Source: a virus
Taxonomy: Duplodnaviria; Caudoviricetes
DNA length: 29,730 bases
Reading direction: 5' to 3' (one strand)
Virus record (IMG/VR): IMGVR_UViG_3300017903_003478
Location: 1 to 29,730 of that record
Positions 16,079 to 25,237 of the stretch are shown here, piece by piece (position 1 is the first letter of the stretch; each line of letters begins with the position of its first letter). The notes under the pieces are model-generated. The model saw only the letters and a list, made by a program, of their open reading frames with translations, was not told where the DNA came from and ran no database searches. A program made the position numbers and the translations under genes.

Positions 16079-17044
16079 ATGGCAATTACGACAGTAGATA
16101 ATAACAGGCGAGATCCTGTACTAAAAAGATCAGATGTTAAAACAACTCTGCCTGAGTGGTTTCAAGCTGATAATCCTAAGTTCGTTAGGTTCATGGAAGT
16201 TTATGAAGAGTTTCTTGATAGTGATCAAGGTAAATTCAACTTTCATCAAAAGGTACAAGATATATTCGCTTCAAGAGATGTGGCTGACACCGATATAGAT
16301 TTCTTAGATCAGATTATCGGTGAGATTGGTAATGGATTAACCCAATCTTCTTTCTTTTCAAATCCAAGATTGATGGCCAGATTACTTGGTAACTTTTATC
16401 AACAAAAAGGAACTAAGCCATCGGCCGAAGGATTCTTTCGAGGATTCTTTGGAGAAGAAGTTGAGGTTACTTATCCGAAGAGAGATATATTTGTTGTAGG
16501 CCAAGATGAAATTGGATTTGATTCTCAAAAGAAAATACAAGATGCAAAGCGCTTTCAAGTATTTTCAATATTACTTAAATCTGGTATTTCAGTTTCCGAT
16601 TATGAATTGTTATATAAAAAGTTTGTACATCCAGCAGGATTCCATTTTGCTGGTGATGTTTTATCGACTGGAGAAGTTTCTCTTACTCCGACGATATCAT
16701 TACACAATCCTCTTGATTCAAACGTCGAAGATCCATTGTTCTTAGGTCAAGCATCTCTTGGTACAGGTACTCTCTTTGGCGAAACTACTGGATTACAAGA
16801 TTCATCTGACGGTACAACCTTCCGTATCGATCTACGGCAACAAGAAACAACTATTTACGGAGATGATTCTGATCTTACTGCATCGTTGCTTGTTACCTAC
16901 TACGATGATATTAAAACACTGCTTAATCCTAACTCGTTTAGGTTTGATGATAGTGCTAATAGTGGAAGACCAGACTTTGCAATGACTGTAGAAACTTTTG
17001 ATAATGACGTATTTACTCGAATTTCATCAGATTCTTCGATATAA
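16079..17044 (+). CDS. gp7: compact gp7-like baseplate wedge protein
   Basis: LPEWF..DNPKFV.F...Y.EFL, FY..KGT..S..FFR.FF.EEV, IQD...FQ.FS, VHPAG; follows gp6. Confidence 0.65.
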   Translation: MAITTVDNNRRDPVLKRSDVKTTLPEWFQADNPKFVRFMEVYEEFLDSDQGKFNFHQKVQDIFASRDVADTDIDFLDQIIGEIGNGLTQSSFFSNPRLMARLLGNFYQQKGTKPSAEGFFRGFFGEEVEVTYPKRDIFVVGQDEIGFDSQKKIQDAKRFQVFSILLKSGISVSDYELLYKKFVHPAGFHFAGDVLSTGEVSLTPTISLHNPLDSNVEDPLFLGQASLGTGTLFGETTGLQDSSDGTTFRIDLRQQETTIYGDDSDLTASLLVTYYDDIKTLLNPNSFRFDDSANSGRPDFAMTVETFDNDVFTRISSDSSI

Positions 17045-17047
17045 ATA
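17040..17047 (+). promoter_or_regulatory. late promoter TATAAATA
   Basis: Exact consensus over the gp7 stop; AGGA SD and ATG 17069 follow. Confidence 0.8.
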
Positions 17048-17068
17048 AGCTAAACAGGATTTAAAAAA

Positions 17069-17911
17069 ATGGCAAGACAAAATATAGGAATCGGCTCATC
17101 AGCAAACGACGGTAACGGAGATACTCTTCGCACTGCTGGCGGCAAGATAAATGATAACTTCGTTGAGATCTATCGCTTCTTAGGTGGTGGCGATAGCGAT
17201 AACTTGTCTGCACAAATTACTCTTGAGGATAGTGCAGTAGTATTTGAAGGTGCTACAGCTGACGGTAACGAAATGAGATTGACAACTGTTGAACCTACAG
17301 CAGATCGTCAAATTCAATTACCTGATGCCGATGGTATTGTAACACTGAATGCAGCTACACAAACGTTAACAAATAAGACAATTACTAATCCTTTGATTAC
17401 TGATCCAAAGGTTGGTAGTTCTATTCAAGATTCAAGTGGAAGTGAAATCTTTCTCTTATCAAAGAATGGCTCAGGATCTGGTATTAACCACTTTAACATT
17501 CAGCATGCGATTGCGGCTAATCCAATTCGAATTGCAGCAGCAAGTTCTGGTACAAATGTTAAAATGGAAATTGCGGCCAAAGGAACAGGTGCAGTTGAAA
17601 TTAATAAAGTTTCTGTTAAGTCTTTGGAAAAAACAGCAGACGGTAATGTACTAGCATCAGACAATGCTACACACATTATATGTAATAAAGGATCTGCTCT
17701 CGCTCTTACTTTGGCCGATGGCACTCACTCAGGCGAGATGAAGATCTTTACAAATAAAGGTGCTGGTGTCGCAACTATTACCGTGACTAATTTTAAAAGT
17801 ACAGGTGGTACAACAAGTTTTGCCATTGCTCAAAACGAAGCAGCCCAGTGTATTTGGGATGGATCACATTGGTTCTTGATTGGCAATCAGAGCGTAACTA
17901 CATTGGCGTAA
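17069..17911 (+). CDS. gp9/gp10-type N-terminal domain baseplate-fibre connector protein
   Basis: MARQNIGIGSSANDGNGDTLRTAGGKINDNFVEIY; fibre-like TQTLTNKTI segment. Confidence 0.75.
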   Translation: MARQNIGIGSSANDGNGDTLRTAGGKINDNFVEIYRFLGGGDSDNLSAQITLEDSAVVFEGATADGNEMRLTTVEPTADRQIQLPDADGIVTLNAATQTLTNKTITNPLITDPKVGSSIQDSSGSEIFLLSKNGSGSGINHFNIQHAIAANPIRIAAASSGTNVKMEIAAKGTGAVEINKVSVKSLEKTADGNVLASDNATHIICNKGSALALTLADGTHSGEMKIFTNKGAGVATITVTNFKSTGGTTSFAIAQNEAAQCIWDGSHWFLIGNQSVTTLA

Positions 17912-17921
17912 GGATTAAAAG

Positions 17922-19289
17922 ATGACAGCAATTGTAACAGACCCACTTAAAAGAAAGTTAGCACAGGACTTACTTACTGAAGTTCAAAGCACTTCAGATT
18001 CAAATGAATTCTATATTGGAATTGGTAAGACTGATACGTATGACTCGTCAGATACGACAATTGATCCACTGCGTCACACCTTCGACGAAAGAGTTGCTCG
18101 AGGCAATTTAGAATCTTTGAAAAAGATTACAGCTTCTTCGATGGTGGTTACAAGAAACAACTGGTCATCAGGTACAATTTATGATGCATGGAACGATAAG
18201 CAACAAGGATATGGATCGAATCCATATTATGTTTTAACAGAAGATAACGAAGTTTATATTTGTCTACAACAAAGTAGAAGTTCAACCGGTTCAGCAAACC
18301 CATCGACTGTTAAACCTTCATTCGGTACAGCTGGTGTAACCTTACATCAAGCCTTTGAAACTTCTGATGGATATCGCTGGAAACTTCTATATTCAATCGG
18401 TGCAGGTGATGCAACTAACTTTTTAACTTCAGGTTTCCAGCCTGTAACTGTAATCACAAAAGATTCAGCTTCATGTAGTACTACTGAACTACAACAATTG
18501 AATGTTCAAAATACAACTACACCCGGCCAGATTTTAGGTGTTGAAGTTGTGAATGGTGGTAGTGGATATAGTTCTGCTCCAGCATTAACATTCCGTGGTG
18601 ATGGTTCAGGTGCGGCAGCAACTGCTACAATATCAGGTGGTGCAATTGTAAAAGTTGAAATGAATAATGAATCAGGTGGACTTGGCTCAGGATATAATTA
18701 TTCTTCACTTAGCTTCTCAGGTAACGCAACTCTAAGACCGATTATTGGACCACGTGATGGTATTGGTAAAGATGCTCGAGCTGATCTAAAAGGTTCAAGT
18801 GTTATGTTAAACATTAAACCTTCAGGCAGTGAAACCGATACATTTAATATTACAAACGATTTTAGACAAATTACTTTGTTTAGAAATTTAGATCTTACTG
18901 ATTCTGCTGTTGACGGCAACAGATTAACTGCAACTTCAGTAAAAACAAATAGAAATATGACGTTGACCGGTACGATATCTGCAACAGGATTTGCAATTGA
19001 TGAAGTTATTACAGGCGGTACATCTGGAGTAACAGCCATTATTGATGAAGTTGATTCAAGTGCTGGTAAGAGTTTAAGGTTTCACCAAAACGAAAAAACG
19101 CGAAATGGTAACTTTACAGATGGTGAAGCTCTTAGCGGAAGCTTAGGCGGATCAGGAACTATTGATAGCGGAAACCTTTTTGGTACCGCAGATATCTACT
19201 CAGGTGATCTGTTATACATAGAAAATAGAGCAAGAATTGTTCGATCTTCGGCTCAAACTGAAGACATTAAAGTAATTTTGACGGTGTAA
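17922..19289 (+). CDS. gp8: baseplate wedge subunit gp8
   Basis: YIGIG, R.NWSSGTIYD, YYV....VYICL, ST.KP, DGYRWK.LY, SGDLLYIENR, EDIKVIL. Confidence 0.85.
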   Translation: MTAIVTDPLKRKLAQDLLTEVQSTSDSNEFYIGIGKTDTYDSSDTTIDPLRHTFDERVARGNLESLKKITASSMVVTRNNWSSGTIYDAWNDKQQGYGSNPYYVLTEDNEVYICLQQSRSSTGSANPSTVKPSFGTAGVTLHQAFETSDGYRWKLLYSIGAGDATNFLTSGFQPVTVITKDSASCSTTELQQLNVQNTTTPGQILGVEVVNGGSGYSSAPALTFRGDGSGAAATATISGGAIVKVEMNNESGGLGSGYNYSSLSFSGNATLRPIIGPRDGIGKDARADLKGSSVMLNIKPSGSETDTFNITNDFRQITLFRNLDLTDSAVDGNRLTATSVKTNRNMTLTGTISATGFAIDEVITGGTSGVTAIIDEVDSSAGKSLRFHQNEKTRNGNFTDGEALSGSLGGSGTIDSGNLFGTADIYSGDLLYIENRARIVRSSAQTEDIKVILTV

Positions 19290-19293
19290 AAAA

Positions 19294-22200
19294 ATGGCAA
19301 CAGCATTTACCACTACTACATTTGAAACCACTTATAAAGACGATTATAAAGATTCCGATAATTATCATCGTATTCTTTTTAATAGTGGCAAGTCGTTGCA
19401 AGCAAGAGAGCTTACGCAATTACAAACTATTATTCAGGAAGAAATTACTCGGTTTGGAACTAATATCTTTAAAGAAGGTGGAAAGGTAAGTGGAGGTAAT
19501 ACAACTCTTAATAGAAGAGAATTTATTAAGTTAGCCTCAGGTGCTTTACCTTCAGACGCAAGTACTGTTGTCGGTGAAGAATTTGTAGATGGCGATGGAA
19601 TTAAAGTTAAAGTTCTCAAAGCTGTTGAAGAAACTGGATCAGATCCTGATACAATCTATGTTGAATATATTGATAGACTATCAGGCACATCAGGTACAAC
19701 TCCAATTCGTTGCGCTAACGGTGGTACACTAACTCATCTTGCAGCTACACTTGATCCTTTAACAATTGCTTCATCTGCTGCGACAGGTGAAGGTTTAGAA
19801 GCTTCAATTACTGCTGGTTCTTTCTATGTACAAGGTAGATTCGTATTTGTTAAAGCTCAATCAACATTTGTTAACAAGTACACTATTAACACTACTAAAG
19901 ATCTTGGCTTCAAACTCGTACAGGATATTGTAACAACTGCTGATGATACAGCTTTATTTGATAATCAAGGTGCAACTCCAAACGAAGCTTCTCCGGGTGC
20001 TGATCGTTGGAGAATCAAATTAACTCTTACAACAAGAGATCAACTAGCTGCTAGCGATAACTTTGTGTTCTTATCTCAAGTTATTAATGGTAAGACTGGA
20101 ATTGAAGTAACTAAAGATAATTCTTATAATATTATTTTAGATACTTTGGCAAGAAGAACAAAAGAAGAATCCGGCAACTATATTGTACAACCATACACAG
20201 CAAAGTTCGATGCTTTAGATGACTCAAATCTTTCTCTAGATGTTACAGGCGGTATTGCTTACGTTGAAGGATACCGAATCCAATCGAAGGCTCAAGATAT
20301 TACAGTACCGAGAGCTCAAACCACTTTAGCTGTTGAAGGTGATGCCGTTATTCCAGTTTATGGTAACTATGTTTTATTTGATTCAAACTACAGTTTACCA
20401 GAATTAAACTCTCGAGCAATCATTACAAACGATTCAAATGGTGCTGGAACGAAGATTGGTACAGCCAGAATTAGACACTATGAAGAAGATGGTGCGGATC
20501 ATAGAGCATATCTTTATGATATTAAAATGGATGCAGGCCAAAACTTTGCTAATGCATCGTCAATTGGCGCAAGCACAACTGACTTCATTAATATTAAATT
20601 AGAAAATAATAGAGCTGAACTAAAAGAAACTCTGAATAATAGTTTGATCTTTCCACTACCAAAAACAAGACCTTCAACTATCGCATACACTGGATCAAAT
20701 AATATTGTCTTACAAAGAAAATATACAGTAACAACAAACGGTTCAGGTGTACTTGGTACTGATGAAACAATTGGTGGTGATGGTGCTACATTTACAAGTA
20801 GCTCACAATGGATTGCAGTAAAAAGAACAGGCGCTATCGATGATGACGTTGTTTTCGACGCTACTCTTTCTGCTGGTACTAAATTCAATATTACAAGTGG
20901 TGCAGAAAATAATACTGATTACGATATCTATGCTTTACAAAATCATACTGGTGCTGGATCAAACGATGGAAGATTCCATGCTAAGGTTAAGTCACTAGCA
21001 ACTGGTGTTCCACTTACAATCAATATGCAAGATGATCTCGATTCAGATGGAAATGGTACAAAGTTCCTTTCATTAAGAAAAGCAGACGTTTACAAAGTTG
21101 AAGAGATTGCTCTTAATGCTGAAGGTGGTAACGATCTATCAAGCTTCTTTACATTTGATAATGGTCAAAGAGATAACTTCTATGATATCGGTCGATTGGT
21201 AGTTAAATCTGGTAAGACACTTCCACAAGGTAACGCATTTATTCGATTTAGACATTTTACACACTCAACTGAAGGTACACATTTTGATGTAACTTCATAT
21301 CCATCTGGTGATAGTGTAGGATACGAAGGTATTCCAGATTTTAGAAGAAGCACTGGAGAAGTTATTAACTTAAGAGATATGGTAGATTTCCGTCCGGTCG
21401 CTGGTGTTTTGGCTGATTCAGCTGGTGTTGCACAACATACGTTTGACTCATCGGGTATTGGTGCTGCAGTTGTTCCGTTACTTCCAGTAAGTGGCCAATC
21501 ATTCGATCTTAATCCAACTTATTATCTTCCTCGATCAGATAGATTGGTATTGGTTACTCAAGACGATGAAAAGAAACCATTACCACGCGGTGAAGTAAAA
21601 TATATTCAAGGCGTGCCAGATCATAACTCGCAACTTCCAGCGATTCCGGAAGGCGCACTTGGTCTACAGAATTTCCACTTAAAAGGTTATACACTGAATG
21701 AATCTGATTTGAGCTCAGCCGTTTTAGAAGCAAAACGATTTACTATGGCAGATATTCAACGCCTTGAAGATCGTATTGAAGATCTTGAAGAATTGACTGT
21801 ATTGAGTCTACTTGAAAATGCTACTGAAGCATTAACTGTTGTTGACTCAGCTGGATTGGCAAGAACTAAATCAGGATTTATTGCAGACACATTTACAAAC
21901 TTCGCTTTCTCTGATATAGAAAGAGAAGAATATAGAGCTTCGGTTGAAAACTTAGATGGAGTTCTCAAGCCTCTTGTAGTGATGAACGACATTCGTATCA
22001 CTTACGATTCAGATAACTCAACTACATCGAGAGGAGCAGGTAGAGGACTACAACCATCTGGTGAAATGGTTACTTTACCAATTGACTCAAGTCCATCATT
22101 TATTGATCAGAGTCTCGCAACTGAAACAGAAAATATTAATCCATTCGCAGTTGTAACTGGCAAAGGTGTGCTTGAACTTTCTCCGGCAAGTGATACATGG

Positions 22201-22329
22201 GTTGAAAGACGTAGAGCACCAGACGTAATTGTGGATGGAGGAACAGTAGTTAACACCAGAAGAGTTACTACAGCTTTTGGAACTCGTAATTCGAATAATC
22301 AAGGCCGGTTGGACCACGTCCCAGGATAG
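19294..22329 (+). CDS. large virion structural protein, DUF4815-like, N-terminal part
   Basis: Y.DD....NYHRILF..G..LQARELTQLQ, PGADR, LARRTKEESGNY, DNGQRDNFYD, RFTMADI..LE.RI, K.GFIAD.F, ENINPFAV. Confidence 0.8.
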   Translation: MATAFTTTTFETTYKDDYKDSDNYHRILFNSGKSLQARELTQLQTIIQEEITRFGTNIFKEGGKVSGGNTTLNRREFIKLASGALPSDASTVVGEEFVDGDGIKVKVLKAVEETGSDPDTIYVEYIDRLSGTSGTTPIRCANGGTLTHLAATLDPLTIASSAATGEGLEASITAGSFYVQGRFVFVKAQSTFVNKYTINTTKDLGFKLVQDIVTTADDTALFDNQGATPNEASPGADRWRIKLTLTTRDQLAASDNFVFLSQVINGKTGIEVTKDNSYNIILDTLARRTKEESGNYIVQPYTAKFDALDDSNLSLDVTGGIAYVEGYRIQSKAQDITVPRAQTTLAVEGDAVIPVYGNYVLFDSNYSLPELNSRAIITNDSNGAGTKIGTARIRHYEEDGADHRAYLYDIKMDAGQNFANASSIGASTTDFINIKLENNRAELKETLNNSLIFPLPKTRPSTIAYTGSNNIVLQRKYTVTTNGSGVLGTDETIGGDGATFTSSSQWIAVKRTGAIDDDVVFDATLSAGTKFNITSGAENNTDYDIYALQNHTGAGSNDGRFHAKVKSLATGVPLTINMQDDLDSDGNGTKFLSLRKADVYKVEEIALNAEGGNDLSSFFTFDNGQRDNFYDIGRLVVKSGKTLPQGNAFIRFRHFTHSTEGTHFDVTSYPSGDSVGYEGIPDFRRSTGEVINLRDMVDFRPVAGVLADSAGVAQHTFDSSGIGAAVVPLLPVSGQSFDLNPTYYLPRSDRLVLVTQDDEKKPLPRGEVKYIQGVPDHNSQLPAIPEGALGLQNFHLKGYTLNESDLSSAVLEAKRFTMADIQRLEDRIEDLEELTVLSLLENATEALTVVDSAGLARTKSGFIADTFTNFAFSDIEREEYRASVENLDGVLKPLVVMNDIRITYDSDNSTTSRGAGRGLQPSGEMVTLPIDSSPSFIDQSLATETENINPFAVVTGKGVLELSPASDTWVERRRAPDVIVDGGTVVNTRRVTTAFGTRNSNNQGRLDHVPG

Positions 22330-22339
22330 GAGATAATTT

Positions 22340-24454
22340 ATGACTGATAGAATAACGACTAGAAGGCAGGTAATTGGTAGCCGTGTCATCGATGTCCAAC
22401 TGATTCCTTTCATGAGATCAAGAAAAGTATTCTTTAGAGCTCAAGGGTTGAGGCCAAGAACTCGCTATTTCCCATATTTTGGTAAAAAATCGATTGATAA
22501 TTTCGCTAGAAATGAAACTTCATTTACTCGTTTTGGTACTACTAATGTTGATAATTCAAATTTATTTTTCAATTCAACTGCTCACCCAGATGGGTCTACT
22601 AACTTAACGTCTGATTCCAATGGTCAGTTGATTGGATCATTCATTGTTCCAAATACAGCTTCAAATAAATTTAGAGCTGGCGTACAAGAATTTAAATTAT
22701 TAGATATTTCGGGCGGTGAAGATAGAAATGCTATTAGTTTGGCTAGAACTAACTATAATGCTCAAGGTGTTCTTGAAACTGTACAACAAACTGTAAGAAG
22801 TACGCGTATTATCGATAGAACAGTGTTTGTTGACCCACCGCTGGGGGATACAGCTGATGGTGGTGGTGGTGATGCATCTGATCCTCTGGCTCAGTCTTTC
22901 TTTGTGAGTGCCATTGAACATCCGAATGGGTTGTTTGTAACTAAATGTAGAATATTCTTTGCAACTAAATCTTCAACAGTTCCTGTGAGAGTTGAAATTA
23001 GGCCTGTAGAAAACGGCATCCCTGTCCCTTTCCCAATCCCTGGTGCAGTTAAATTCTTAGGTGCTTCACAAGTTAATATTCCATCAGATCTAACTGACCT
23101 AGATAATATTCGTTCGAACGGAACAGACTTTGTATTTGAAGAACCTGTATATCTTACAACTGGTAGAGAATATGCAATTGTTGTCTTAGCTGAATCAGTC
23201 GATTATAATGTTCACGTAGCAAAGACATATGATTTCTTGATTGGATCAACAGAAGCAAGAGTAAGTAAACAGCCAACTATGGGTTCATTGTTCTTATCTC
23301 AAAATGGTTCTACATGGACACCAGATCAAGATAGAGACTTGATGTTTATTCTTTATAGAGCAGACTTTGCTACATCAGGTACTGCTAAGTTTGGAAACGT
23401 AACAGACATTAGAGAAAAGTTATCATTCCCATCAATACAAACAGACTCAGGTGGAACTGAGTGTCATGTGTTTATGGACGGCCATGGATTCTCAAAGAAT
23501 GATAAAGTATTTGTTTCAGGCGTAACTGATGCAAATGTAGATGGTGCATTTGATTTTGGAAACTCAATTAATGGATCAAGAACTATTACAAAGGTAGACC
23601 ATACCGGATTTACTTTTGCTGCTGACTCAAGCGCACAAAGAACTTTGATAGTCGGTGGTAATGATACAGTTGTTACACGTAACGTTATGATGGATGAATT
23701 TATTCCGAACGTTGCGACTATGAGACCATCAACAGGAACCGTAATTGCAGCAAGTGCTAAGTTGGTATCAGGCGGATCTTATGCAGGTACTCGAAACACA
23801 AGTCCAAGTTATGCTAAAGACGCATCATTCAGTAGTATTACTTTAAATGAAACAAATATACTTAATGCACCAGCAGTTATTTTGAATGATTCAAACGTTG
23901 GAGTTCATAGTGTATCAGGTGCTTCTTTTGAAATGCAATTAGATTTATCAACTGATGATACTAAAGTTTCACCGGTTGTCGATCTTCAAAGATCTGTCGT
24001 ACTTGCTACTGAAAATATTATTGATAGACAAGATCAATCATCAACAAATAGCTTTAACGTTCCGATCGAGTTTGTTGACGAAACTGATAAGACATTAGGA
24101 TCTCACGCGGCGAAGCACGTTACAATACCAGTTGTTCTTGAAGAACCAGCTGTTGGTATCAATATATTATTTGCAGCCAATCGTCCAGATGCTGCAGGAT
24201 TTAGAGTATTCTTTAAAACTGGCACAGCAGACGATAATCTTGATGATTTGGCATATACTGAGATTGCAGAAACAAGTAGCAATCCAGCTGACGAACAAGT
24301 AGATGTTTTCCGTGAGTATCAATATCTTGTCGGTGGTCAGGTTGGTAACTTAGATTCGTTTACTCAGTTCCAAGTAAAGATCGTTATGACTTCAACTAAC
24401 TCTTCTAAGATTCCAACAATTAAGGACTTTAGAGCAATTGCATTGGTTTCATAA
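22340..24454 (+). CDS. large virion structural protein, DUF4815-like, C-terminal part
   Basis: PFMRSR.V.F.A.GLRP.TR, DPLAQSF, F.FEEPVYL, GSLFLSQN.STWT..Q..DL.F.LYRA.F, F..FQVKIV, P.IKDFRAIAL; own AGGAG SD. Confidence 0.8.
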   Translation: MTDRITTRRQVIGSRVIDVQLIPFMRSRKVFFRAQGLRPRTRYFPYFGKKSIDNFARNETSFTRFGTTNVDNSNLFFNSTAHPDGSTNLTSDSNGQLIGSFIVPNTASNKFRAGVQEFKLLDISGGEDRNAISLARTNYNAQGVLETVQQTVRSTRIIDRTVFVDPPLGDTADGGGGDASDPLAQSFFVSAIEHPNGLFVTKCRIFFATKSSTVPVRVEIRPVENGIPVPFPIPGAVKFLGASQVNIPSDLTDLDNIRSNGTDFVFEEPVYLTTGREYAIVVLAESVDYNVHVAKTYDFLIGSTEARVSKQPTMGSLFLSQNGSTWTPDQDRDLMFILYRADFATSGTAKFGNVTDIREKLSFPSIQTDSGGTECHVFMDGHGFSKNDKVFVSGVTDANVDGAFDFGNSINGSRTITKVDHTGFTFAADSSAQRTLIVGGNDTVVTRNVMMDEFIPNVATMRPSTGTVIAASAKLVSGGSYAGTRNTSPSYAKDASFSSITLNETNILNAPAVILNDSNVGVHSVSGASFEMQLDLSTDDTKVSPVVDLQRSVVLATENIIDRQDQSSTNSFNVPIEFVDETDKTLGSHAAKHVTIPVVLEEPAVGINILFAANRPDAAGFRVFFKTGTADDNLDDLAYTEIAETSSNPADEQVDVFREYQYLVGGQVGNLDSFTQFQVKIVMTSTNSSKIPTIKDFRAIALVS

Positions 24455-24675
24455 TGAATAAATACACTAGAGTTGAAGGACACAACAATTTAGTAAGATC
24501 ACCAACTGGTGTTATATTAAATACAGATAAACATGGTATTGCTCTTGCAAGGAATCGAAAGAAGGTTTGGAAAGATCAACAGGAAGAAATTGCACAGCTT
24601 CGTAATGATGTTGCTATGATGAAACAAATGATGCAACAGATATTAGAGGATAAAAATGGCACAAACAATAATTAA
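24454..24675 (+). CDS. small coiled-coil hypothetical protein
   Basis: VEGH.NLVR...G.ILNTD motif and C-terminal heptads; TAATG coupling. Confidence 0.75.
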   Translation: MNKYTRVEGHNNLVRSPTGVILNTDKHGIALARNRKKVWKDQQEEIAQLRNDVAMMKQMMQQILEDKNGTNNN

Positions 24676-25234
24676 CCTATCAGATCCTATTAATACTTGG
24701 GTAACTAAGTCGAATGAAATGGGAGCAGATATTGGTAATCTCGGCGATCTTACAGATTCAGCCGCCACACTTGTTGCAGCTATAAACGCCATTAATTCTG
24801 ATATTGGTAATCGAGCAAGTCTTACGAATCCAGCAGCTGATCTAGTAACTGCTATAAATAACTTAAATAATACTTTTCTTGAGTTAACAGACTCAGCTGA
24901 TATTAAAAATAAATTTGCAGGTAACACTATCATATCGATGGATAGTGGATCAGGCGGAGCAAGAGCAACATTTACTTTAGTTGATTCTTCTATTACATCA
25001 GCGAAGTTAGCAGCTAGCAGTATTACATCTGATAAATACGCAGATAGTTCAATTGAAACTGTTCACTTCAAAGCTGGTGCTATTACAAACTATGCTCTAG
25101 CTGATTCATCAATCAGTGAAGCTAAAATACAGATAAATACGATAACATCAGCAAGTTTTAAAAGCGTTCAATCAATTTTGATAAAGAATACAGCTGGTGC
25201 AACATTACAAACTATTTTCGGACCCGGAGTATAA
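24656..25234 (+). CDS. putative fibre/collar-like virion protein with short internal repeats
   Basis: LVAAIN/LVTAIN repeats and ~10-aa SSITSAKLAA-type repeats; GAGGA SD. Confidence 0.65.
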   Translation: MAQTIINLSDPINTWVTKSNEMGADIGNLGDLTDSAATLVAAINAINSDIGNRASLTNPAADLVTAINNLNNTFLELTDSADIKNKFAGNTIISMDSGSGGARATFTLVDSSITSAKLAASSITSDKYADSSIETVHFKAGAITNYALADSSISEAKIQINTITSASFKSVQSILIKNTAGATLQTIFGPGV

Positions 25235-25237
25235 ATT

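Noticed and set aside
22320-22342. Read-through, frameshift or intron at the DUF4815-like split
   Set aside because: Different frames, no slippery heptamer, only a 10-nt gap, and a clear SD.
5348-24454. Interpretation as tailocin, eCIS or T6SS
   Set aside because: gp2, gp4, gp32, gp33 and T4 late promoters indicate a T4-like phage genome.
24853-24860. TATAAATA inside the 192-aa gene
   Set aside because: Encodes the AIN repeat, far from the next start; a chance match is likely.
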